64,000 nt of DNA, taken from NCBI RefSeq assembly GCF_009914755.1, contig NC_060946.1; one strand, given 5' to 3'. The translations under genes were made by a program, and so were the position numbers. The notes under the pieces were generated by a model. It searched no databases, was not told where the DNA came from, and saw only the letters and a program-made list of their open reading frames with translations. Within the stretch, counting starts at the first letter, position 1, and each line of letters begins with the position of its first letter. Shown piece by piece: positions 13,801 to 25,800 of this stretch. The stretch comes from the human T2T-CHM13v2.0 reference genome, Homo sapiens.

Positions 13801-16800
13801 GTGAAAGGTAATGGAATGGAATGGAATGGAGTGGAGGAAAATGGAGTGTAGTGGAGTGGAATGGAGTCAAATGGAATGGGAAGGAGTGGAATGGAATGGA
13901 GTAAAGTGGAGTGGAGTAGAGTGAAATAAAGTGGAAGGGAATGGAAAGCAATGGAATGGTGAAAAGAAACGTGAGCTGAGATTGTGCCACTGCATTCCAG
14001 GCTTTGTGACTGAGGGAAATCCTATGGAAAGAAAGTAATGGAATGGAATTGAGTATAATGGAATAGAATGGAGTGGAGTGGAGTGGAGTGGTGTTGAGTG
14101 CAGTGGAGTCAAGTGGAATGGAGTGGAATGGAAAGGGATGGAATGGAATGCAATGGAGTGCAGTGGAGTGGAGTGGATTGGAGTGGAGTAGAGTGGAATG
14201 TAGTGGAGTGGAATGGAATGGAATGGAAAGAAATAGAATGGAAAGGAACGGAATGGAATGGAATGCAAAGGGATGGAATACAATGGAATAGAATGGAATG
14301 GAATGGTGAAATGAAATGTGAGCCTAGTTTGTGCCACTGCATGCCAGCCTGGGTGACAGAGTGAGATGCTGTCAAAAGAAAGGAATGGAATGGAATTCAG
14401 TGGAGTATAGCAGAGTGGAGTGGAGTGCTGTGGAGTGGAAAGGAGTGGAATGGAATATCATGGAGTGGAACGGAATGGAGTGCAGTGGAGTTGAGGGGAC
14501 TGGAGTGGAATGGAGTGGAATGGAATGGGATGGAATGGAATGGAGTGCAGTGGAGTGGAATGGAGTGGACTGGAGTGGAATGGAGGGAAATGGAATGGAA
14601 TGAAATGGAGTGGATTTGAGTGCACTGGAGTGGAGTGGAGTGGAGTGGAATGGAACGGAATGGAAAGGAAAGGAATAGTGAAACGAAATGTAAGCTGAGA
14701 TTCTACCACTGCACTCCAGACTGAGTGACAGAGTGATATCCTGTCAAATGTAAGGAATGGAAGGGAAAGTATTGGAATGGAATGGAATGGAGTGGAAGGA
14801 AATGAACTGGAAAGAAATGGAATGGAATGGACTGTAGCGGAGTAGAGAGGAGTGCAGTGGAATGGAAGGGGATGAATCGAATGGAATGAAGTGGAGGAAG
14901 GGAAGTGGAATGGTGGGGAGAAGAGTGCAGTGGTATGGAATTGGATGGAATCAAATGGAGTGGAGTGGAGTGGCGTGGAGAGGATTGGAGTAGAGTGGAG
15001 TGGAATGGAATGGAATGGAGTCGAGCGTAGTGGAGTGGAGTAGAATGGAATGTAGTACAATGGAATTGAGTGGAATGGAAAGGAATGGAATGGAATAGAA
15101 TGGAATGATGAAATGAAATATGAGCTGAAATTGTGCCACTGCACTCCACCGTGGGTGACAGAGTGAAATCCTGTCAAACGAAAATGGAATGGGAAGGAAT
15201 GGAATGGATGGGAATGGAGTGGAGTGGAGTGGAGTAGAGTGGAGTGGAGTGGAGAATAGTGGAATGGAATGGGATGGAATGGAATGGAGTGGAGTGGAGT
15301 GGAGTGGATTGGACTGAACTGGAGTGAAGTGGACTGGAATGGAATGTAATGGAATGGATTGGAATGGAATGGAATGCAGTGGAGTGGGGTGAAATGGAGT
15401 GAAGTAGAGTGGAATGGAATGGAGTGGAAAGGGATGGAATGGAATGTAGTGTAGCGGAGTGGAGAGGAGTGAAGTGGAATGGAATGGAGTGGAATGGAAT
15501 CGATTGGAAAGAAATGGAGGGGAGTGGAGTGGTGGGGAGTGGAGTGGAGTGGTATGGAATTGGATGGAATTGAATGGATTGGAGTGGAGTGACTTGGAGA
15601 GTAGTGGCGTAGAGTGGAGTGGAATGGCATGCAATGGAATCTAATGGATTGAAGTGGAGTGGAGTGGAATGGAAAGTAGTGGAATGGAATTGAATGGAAT
15701 GGAATGGAATAGAATGGAATGGAGAAATGAAATATCAGCTGAGATTGTGCCACTGCACTCCAGCCTGGGTGACAGAGTGAAATCCTGTTGAAAGAAAGGA
15801 ATGGAATGGAAAGGAGTGGAATGGAATGGAATAGAAGGGAATGGAATGGAATGGATGGAGTGGAGGGGAGTGGAGTGGAGTACAGTGGAGTACATTGGAA
15901 TGGAATGGGATAGAATGGAATGGTGTGGAGTGGAGTGGAGTAGAATGGAATGGAATGGAATGCAGTGGAGTGGAGTGGAGTTCACTGGAGTGGAATGAAA
16001 TAGGATGGAATAGTATTTAATGGAAAGGAATGGAATGCAATGGAGTGGAATGCAATGTAATGCAATGGAATGGAATGGAATGGAGTAGTATTTAATGTAA
16101 AGGAATGGAATGCAATGGAATGGAATGCAATGTAATGCAATGTAATGCAATGGAATGAAATGGAATGGTGAAATTAAATGTGAGCTGAGATAGTGCCAAT
16201 ACATCCCATAGTGGGTGACAGAGTGAGATCCTGTCGAAAGAACGGAATGGAATGGAAAGGAGTGGAATGGAATGGAATGGAATGGAATGGAATGAGGTGG
16301 AGTGGAGTGGAGTGGAACGGAGTGCAAAGGAGTGGAATGCAGTAGAATGGAATGGGACGGAGTGGAATGGAACGGAGTGGAGTGGAGAGGAGTGGAGTGA
16401 AACGGAATGGGATGGAAAGGAATGGAGTGGAGTGGAGTGGAATAGAGTGGAGTGGAATGGAATGGACTGGAGTGGAGTGGAGTAGAATGGAGTGGAGTGG
16501 AATGGAATGGAATGGAATGCAATGCAATGGTGAAATGAAATCTGAGCTGAGATTGTGCCACTGTATTCCAGCCTTTTTTGACACAGTGAGATCCCGTCGA
16601 AAGAAAGGAATGGCATAAAATGTAGTGGAATAGAATGGAATGGAATGGAATGGAGTGGAGTAGATTGGAGTGGATTGCAGTGGAGTCGAGTGGAACGGAG
16701 TGGAATGGAATGGGATGGAATGGAATGGCATGGACTGGAGTGGAGTGATTTGGAGTGGAGTAGAGAGGAATGGAGTGGAATGCAATGGGATGGAAGGGAA

Positions 16801-19800
16801 TGGCAAGGAGTGCAGTTGAGTGGACTGGAGTGGATTGGAGTGGAGTAGTGTGGAATGGAATGGAATGGAATGGAATGCAATGGAATGGAATGGAATGGAA
16901 TGCAATGGAACGGAATGGAATGCAATGGAATGAAATGGAATGGAATGCAATGGAATGGAATGGAATGGAATGCAATGGAATGGAATGGAATGCAATGGAA
17001 TGGAATGCAATGGAATGGAATGGAATGGAATAGAATGGAATGCAATGGAACGGAATGGAAAGCAATGGAATGGAATGCAATGGAATGGAATGGAATGGAA
17101 TGGAATGGAATGGAATCGAATGCAATAGAATGCAATGGAATGGATTGGAAATGAATGGAATGGAATGGTGAAAGAAAATGTGAGCTGACTTTCTGCCGCT
17201 ACACGCCAGCCTGGGTGAAAGAGTGAGATCCTGTCGAAAGAAAGGAATGGATAGGAATGGAGTGGAGTGGAGTGGAGGAGTGGCGTGGTGTGTAGTTGAA
17301 TGGAGCAGAATGGAATGGGATGGAGGGGAATGGAATGGAGTGCAGTGGAGTGGAGTGGAGTGGAATGGAGTGGAATGGAATGCGATGGAATGGAATGAAG
17401 AGGAGTGGAGTTGAATGGAGTGGAATGGAATGGAATATAGTTGAGTGGAATGGAATGAAGTGGAGTAGAGTGCAGTGGAGGGTGTGAAGTGGAAACGAAT
17501 GGAATGGAATGGAATGGAATGGAATGGAATGGAATGGAATGGAATGGAATAGTGAAATGAAATGTGAGCTGAGATTCTGCCACTGCACTCCAGACTGGGT
17601 GACAGAGTGAGATCCTGTCGAATGTAAGGAATGGAAAGGAATAGAGTGGAATGGAATGGAATGGAATAAAATGGAATGGAATGGAATGGAATGGAATAGA
17701 ATGGAATGGAATGGAATGGAGTGGAATGGAGAGGAATGGAGCGGGGCGGAGTGGAGTTGAGTGGAATTGAATGGAATGGGATGGAATTGAATGGAATGAA
17801 GTGGAGGGGAGTGGACGGGAGTGGAGTGGAGTGAAGGGACGAGGAGTGGAAAGGAATGGTATTGGATGAAATGGAATGGAGTGGAGTGGATTTGGGTGAC
17901 AAATAGTTTAGTAGAGAGGAATGGAATGGAATGGAATCGAGTGGAGAGGAGTAGAGTGGATTGGGGTGGAGTGGAATGGAATAGAATGGAATGGAAAAGA
18001 AAGGAATGGAATAGAATGGAACGATGAAATGAAATATGAGCTGAGATTTTGCCACTGCACTCCAGCCTGGGTGACAGAGTGAGATCCTGTCGAAGGAAAG
18101 GAGTGGAATGGAATAGAATGGAATGGAATGGAATGGAATGGAATGGAATGAAGTGGAGTGGAGTGGAGTGCAGTCGAGTGGAGTAGCAGTATAGTGGAAT
18201 GGAATGGGATGGAATAGAATGGAGTGGAGCGGAATGGAGTGGGGTGGAATGGAATGGAATTGAAAGGAATGGAATGGATTGCAGTGGAGTGGATTGGAGT
18301 GCATAGGAGTGGAATGGAATGGGATGGAATGGAATTGAAAGAAATATAATGGAATGCAATGCAATTGAATGGAATGCAATGGAATGCAATGCAATTGAAT
18401 GGAATGCAATGGAATGGAATGGGAAATGAAATGTGAGCTGAGATATTGCCACTGCACCAGAGCCTGGGTGACAGAGTGAGACCCTGTCAAAAGAAAGGAA
18501 TGGAATTGAATGGAGTGGCATGGAATGGAAAGGAGTGGAGTGGAGTGGACTGGACTGGAATGGAGTCGAGTGGAGTGGAGTGGAGTGGACTGGATTTGAG
18601 TGGAGTCGAGTGGAATAGAGTGGAATGGAATGTGGTGGAGTGGAATGTAAAGGAGTGGAGAGGAGTGGTGTGGAGCGGAGTGGAGTGGAATTGAGTGGAA
18701 TTCAAGGGATGGAATGGAATGGAGTGGAGTGGAATGCAGTGGAGTGGAGTGTAGTGCAATGGAGTGCAATGGAATGGAATGGAATGGAGGGGAATGTAAT
18801 GGATTGCAGAGGAGTGCATTGGAGTGGAGTGGAATGCAGTGGAATGGGAAAGGATGGAATAGAATGGAATGGAATGGAATGGAAAGGAATGGAATAGAAT
18901 GGAATGGAATGGAATCATGAAATGAAATGATAGCTGAGATTATGGCACTTCACTCCATCCTGGGGGATGGAGTGAGATCCTGTTGACAGAAAGGAATAGA
19001 ATGGAATGGAGTGGAATGGAATGGAGTATAATGCAGTGGAGTGGAATGGAGTGGAATGGAGTGGAATGGAATGAGATGGGATGGAGTGGAATGGAATCGA
19101 GTGGAATGGAATGGGATGGAGTGGAGTGGAGTGGAGTGAAATGGAATGGAATGGAATGGAGTGGAGTGGAATGGAGTGGAGTGGAGAGGAGTGGAAAGGA
19201 ATGGAATGGAATAGAATGGAATGGAATGGAATAGAATGGTGAAATAAAATCTGAGCTGAGATTGTGCCACTGCACTCCATCCTGGGTGACAGAGTGAGAT
19301 CCAGTCGAAAGAAAGGAATGGAATGGATTGGAATGGAATGGAATGGAATGGAATGGTATGGAATGGAATGGAATGGAAAGGAATGGAATGGAATGGAATG
19401 CAGTGGAGTGGAGTGGAATAGAGTGGAATGCAATGGGATGGAAAGGAATGGAGTGTAGTGGACTGTAGTGGAGTGGATTGGAGTGGATTCGAGTGGAACG
19501 GAGTGGAATGCAATGGGATGGAATGGATTGGAATGGAATGAAGTGGAGTGGAGTAAGGTGGAAAGGAATGGGATGGAGTGGAGTGGAGTGGAACGGAGTG
19601 GAGTGGAATGGAATGGAGTGGAACGAAATTGAATTCAATGGTGAAATGAAATGTGAGGTGATATTGTGCCACCGCACTCCAGCCTCGGTGACAGAGTAAG
19701 ATCCTCTTGAAAGAAAGAATGGAATGGAATGGAATGGAATGCAGTGGAGTGGAGTGGAGTGGAATAGGATAGAACGGAATGTGATGGAGTGGAATGGAGT

Positions 19801-22800
19801 GGAGCAGAGTGGAGTTTAGTGGAGGGGAGTGGAGTGGAGTGGAATGGAAAGGGATGGAATGGAATGGAATGGTGAGGAGTGGAGTGGGGGCGAGTTGAGT
19901 GGAGTGGAGTGGGGACGAATGGAATGGAATGGAGTGGAGTGGAGTGGAGTGGAGTATAGAGGAATGGAGTGGAATGGAATGGGATGGAATGGAATTGAGT
20001 GGAGTGGAAGGGAGTGGAGTTCACAGAAGTGGAATGGAATGGGATGGAATGGAATTGAATGGAATGAAATGCAATGGAATGCAAAGGAATGGAATGCAAT
20101 GGAATGAAATGGAATGGAATGCAATGGAATGAAATGGAATGGCATGCATTGGAATACAAAAGAATACATGGTGAATTAAATGTGAGCTAAGATAGTGCCA
20201 CTGCACTCCAGCCAGAGTGACACAGTGAGATCCTGTCGAGAGAAAGGAATGGAATGGAATGGAGTGAAATGGAATGGAATGGAATCGAATGGAGTGCTGT
20301 GAAGTGGAGTGGAATGGAGTGGAATTCAATGGGACGGATTGGAATGAAATGGAGTGGACTGGAGTGGAGTGGAGAGGAATGGAGTGAAATGGAATGGGAT
20401 GGAATGGAAAGGAGTGCAGTGGAGTGGAGTGGAGTTTATTGGAGTGGAGTGGAATGGAGGGGAATGGAATGGAATGGAATGGAATGGAATGGAATGGAAT
20501 AGAGGAGAGTGGAGTGGAGTGGAAATGAGTGGAGTGGAATGGAGTGGAGTGGAATGAAATGAAATGAAATGGAATGCAATGCAATTGAATGGTGAAAGAA
20601 ATGTGAGCTGAGATTGTGCCACTGTATTACAGCCTTTTATGACACAGTGAAATCCTGTCAAAGGAAAGGAATGGAATGGAATGTGTTTGAATGAAATGGA
20701 GTGCAATGGAATGGGATGGAATGGAATGGAATGGAATGGAATGGAATGGAATGGAATGGAATGGAATGGAATAGAGCGGAGTAGAGTGGAGTGGAAATGA
20801 GTGGAGTGGAATGGAGTGGAGTGCAATGGAATGAAATGAAATGGAATGGAATGCAATTGAATGGTGAAAGAAATGTGAGCTGAGATTGTGCCACTGTATT
20901 TCAGCCTTTTTTGACACAGTGAAATCCTGTCAAAGGAAAGGAATGGAATGGAATGTGTTTGAATGGAATGGAGTGCAATGGAATGGAATGGGATGGAATG
21001 GAATGGAATGGAATGTGTTTGAATGGAATGGAGTGCAACGGAATGGAATGGGATGGGATGGAATGGAATGGAATGGAATGGAATGGAATGGAATGGAATG
21101 CAATGGAATGGAATGCAATGGAATGGTGAAATAAAATGTGAGCTAAGATTGTGCCACTGCACTCCAGTCTGGGTGACAGAGTGAGATCCAGTCGAAATAA
21201 AGGAATGGAATGGAATGTGGTAGAATGGAAGGGAGTGGAGTGGACTGGAGTCGAGTGGAGTGGAATGGAGTGGAGTGGAGTGGAATGGAATGGAGAGGAC
21301 TCAAGTGGAATTGAATGGAATGGAGTGGAACGGAATGGAGTGGAGAGGAATGGAATGTAGTGGAGTGGAATGGAGTGGAGAGGAGAGAAGTGCAGTAGAA
21401 TGGAGTGGAATAGAGTGGAATGGAGTGTAACGGAACGGAGTGGAGTGGAATGGAGTAGAGTGGAGTTGAGTGGAGTGTAATGTGATGGCGTGGAGTGGAG
21501 TGGAGTGGAATGTAATGGAGTTTCATGGAATGGAATGAAGTGCAGTGAAGCTGAGTGTAATGGAATGGAGTGGAATGCAGTGGAATATAATGGAATGGAA
21601 TGGAATGGAATGGAGAAATGAAATGTGAGCTAAGATTTTGCCACTGCTCTCTGGTCTGTGTGACAGTGTGAGATCCATTCGAAATAAAGGAATGGAATGG
21701 AATGGAGTAGAATGGAATAAAATGGAGTGGAGGGGTGGAGTGGAGTGGAGTGGAATGGAACGGAATGGAGGGGAATGAAAAGAAACGGAATGGAACGAAT
21801 GGAATGGAATGGAGTGGAATGAAGTGAAGTGGAGTGGGGTGGAAAGGAATGAGATGGAGTGGAGTGGAGTGGAGTAGAATGGAATGAAATTGAGTGCAGC
21901 GGAGTTGAATGGAGTGGAGTGGAGTAGAATGGAATGAAATGGAGTGGAGTGGAGTTGAATGGAGTGGGGTTGAGTGGAATGGAATGGAATGAAATTGAAT
22001 GCAGTGGTGAAATGAAATGTGAGGTGATATTGTGCCACCGAACTCCAGCCTGCGTGACAGAGTGAGATCATCTCAAAAGAAAGGAATGGAATGGAATGGA
22101 GTGCAATGGAATGGAATGGAATGCAGTGGAGTGGAATGGAGAAGAGTGGAACGGAATGTGATGGAGTGGAATGGAATGGAGTGGAGTGGAGTTTAGTTGA
22201 GTGGGTTGGAGTTGAATTGAGTAGAATGGAAAGGGATGGAATGGAATGGAATGGTGAGGAGTGGAGTGGAGGGGAGTTCAGCAGAGTGGAGTGGGAAGGA
22301 GTGGAATGGAATGGAGTTTAGTAGAGTGGATTGGAGTATAGTAGAATGGAGTGGAATGGAGTGGGATGGAATGGAATTGAGTGGAGTGGAGTGGAATGGA
22401 ATGGAATGCCGTGGAGTTTAGTGGAATGGAGTTCACAGAAGTGGAATGGAATGGGATGGAATGGAATTGAATGGAATGCAATGGAATGGAATGCAATGGA
22501 ATGCAAAGGAATGGAATGCAATGGAATGAAATGGAAAGGAATGTAATGGAATGAAATGGAATGGAATGCAATGGAATGCAAAGGAATGGATGGTGAAATT
22601 AAATGTGAACTGAGATCGTGCCACTGCACTCCAGCCAGGGTGACACAGTGAGATCCTGTGGAAAGAAAGGAATGGAATTGAATGGAGTGAAATGGAATGA
22701 AATGGAATCGAATGGATTGTAGTGAAATGGAGTGGACAGGAGTGGAGTGGAGAGGAATGGAGTGAAATGGAATGGGATGGAATGGAAAGTAGTAGAGTGC

Positions 22801-25800
22801 AGTGGAGTGGAGTTTATTGGAGTGGAGTGGAATGGAGTGGAATGGTATGGAATGGAATTGAAAGGAATGGAATGGAATGGAAAGGAATGGAATGGAATGA
22901 AATGGAATAGAGGGGAGTGGACTGGAGTGTAGTGGAATGGAGTGGAGTGTAGTGGAATGGAGTGGAGTGGAATGGAATGAAATGAAATGGAATGAAATGC
23001 AATGGAGTGGTGAAAGTAATGTGAGCTGAGATGGTGCCACTGTATTACAGCCTTTTTTGACACAGTGAGATCCTTTCAAAGGAAAGGAAGGGAATGGAAT
23101 GTGTTGGCATGGAATGGAGTGCAATGGAATGGGATAGAGTAGAATAGAATGGAATGGAATGGAATGGTGAAATAAAATGTGAGCTAAGATTGTGCCACTG
23201 CTCTCCAGTCTGGGTGACAGAGTGAGATCCAATCGAAATAAAGGAATGGAATGGAATGTGGTAGAATGGAATGGAGTGGAGTGGACTGGAGACGAGTGGA
23301 GTGGAATGTAGTGGAGTGGAGTGGAGCGGAATGGAATGCAGTGGAGTGGAATGAAGTGCAGTGGAGAAGAGTGCAGTGGAATGAAGTGGAATGGAGTGGA
23401 ATGGATTGTAACGGAATGGAGTGGAGTGGAATGGAGTAGAGTGGAGTGGAGTGTAATGGGGTGGCGTGGAGTGGAGTGGAATGTAATGGAGTTTAATGGA
23501 ATGGAATGGAGTGGAGTGGAGTGGAATGGAGTGGAGTGGAATGGAATGGAATGGAATGGAGAAATGAAATGTGAGCTAAGATTTTGCCACTGCACTCCAG
23601 TCTGTGTGACAGTGTGAGATCCATTTGAAATAAAGGAATGGAATGGAATGGAGTAGAATGGAATAAAATGGAGTGGAGGGGAGTGGAGTGGAGTGGAATA
23701 TAATGGAATGGAGGGAAATGGAATGGAAGGGAATGAATGGAATGCAATGGAATGGAGTGGAATGGAGTGGAGTGGAGTGGGGTGGAAACGAATGGGATTG
23801 AGTGGAGAGGAGTTGAGTAGAATGGAATGAAATGGAGTGGAGTGGAGTGGAATGGAGTGGAGTGGAATGGAATGGAATAGAATGAAATTAAATGCAATGG
23901 TGAAATGAAATGTGATGTGATATTGTGCCACCGAACTCCAGCCTGGGTGACAGTATGAGATCCTCTCAAAAGAAAGGAATGGAATGGAATGGAATGGAAG
24001 GCAGTGGAGTGGAGTGGAGTGGAATAAAGTAGAATAGAAAGTGATGGAGTGGAATGGAATGGAGTGGAGTGGAGTTTAGTTGAGTGGAGTGGAGTGGAAT
24101 TGAGTGGAATGGAAAGGGATGGAATGGAATGGAATGGTGAGGAGTGGAGTGGAGGGGAGTTGAGTGGACTGGAGTGTGGAGGAATGGAATGGAATAGAGT
24201 GGAGTGGAATGGAGTGGAGTATAGTGGAATGGAGTGGAAAGGAATGGGATGGAATGGAATTGAGTGGAGTGGAGTGGAGTGGAGTTCACAGAAGTGGAAT
24301 GGAACGGAATGGGATGGAATGGAATTGAATGGAATGCAATGGAATGGAATGCAATGGAATGCAAAGGAATGGAATGCAATGGAATGAAATGGAATGGAAT
24401 GCAATGGAATGAAATGGAATGGAATGCAATGGAATGAAATGGAATGGAATGCAATGGAATGAAATGGAATGGAATGCAATGGAATGAAATGGAAAGGAAC
24501 GCAATGGAATACAAAGGAATGGATGGTGAAATTAAATGTGACCTGAGATAGTGGCACTGCACTCCACTCCAGCCAGTGTGACACAGTGAGATCCTGTCGA
24601 AAGAAAGGAATGGAATGGAATGAAGTGAAATTCAATGGAATGGAATCCAATGGAGTGTAGTGAAGTGGTGTGGAATGGAGTGGAATGGAGGGGAATTGAA
24701 TGGGATGGATTGGAATGGAATGGAGTGGACTGGAGTGGTGCGGAGAGGAATGGAATGAAATAGAATGGGAAGGAATGGAAAGGAGTGGAGTGGAGTTTAT
24801 TGGAGTGAAGTGGAATGGAGTGGAATGGTATGGAAAGCAATGGAATGAAATTGAATGGAATGGAATGGAATCTAATAGAGGGGAGTGGAGAGGAGTGGAG
24901 CGGAATGGAGTGGAATGGAGTGGAGTGGAATGGAATGGAATAAAATGGAATGGAATGCAATGGAATGGTGAAACAAATGTGAGCTGAGATTGTGCCACAG
25001 TATTACAGCCTTTTTTGACACAGTGAGATCCTGTCAAAGGAAAGGAATGGAATGGAATAGAATGTGTTGGAATGGAATGGAGTGCAATGGAATGGGATGG
25101 AATGGAATGGAATGGAATGGAGTGGGATGGAATGGAATGGAATGTAATGGAGTGGAATGGAATGGAATGGAATGGAATGGAATGGAATGGAATGGAATGG
25201 AATGGAATGGAGTGGAATGGAATGGAGTGGAATGGAATGGAATGGAATGGAATGGAATGGAATGGAATGGAATGGAATGGTGAAGTAAAATGTGAGCTAA
25301 CATTGTGCCACTGCACTCCAGTCTGGGTGACAGAGTGAGATCCAGTCGAAACAAAGGAATGGAATGGAATGTCATAGAATGGAATGGAGTGGAGTGGACT
25401 GGATTCGAGTGGAGTGGAATGGAATGGAGTGGAGTGGAATGGATTGGAGTGGAGTCGAGTGGAATAGAATGGAGTGGAATGGATTGGAATGGAATGGAAT
25501 GGAGTGGAGTGGAGTGGAGTGGAATGGAATAGAGTGGAGTGGAGTAAAATGGAGGGGAGTGGAGAGGAGTGCAGTGGAATGGAGTGGCATGAAGTGGAAT
25601 GGAGTGTAACCTAAAGGAGTGGAGTGGAATGGAGTAGAGTGGAGTGGAGTGTAATGGGGTGGCATGGAGTGGAGTGGACTGGAATGTAATGGAGTTTAAT
25701 GGAATGGAATGGAGTGGAGTGGAGTGGAGTGGAATGGAATGGAATGGAATGGAATGGAATGGAAAAATGAAATGTGAGCTAAGATTTTGCCACTGCACTC

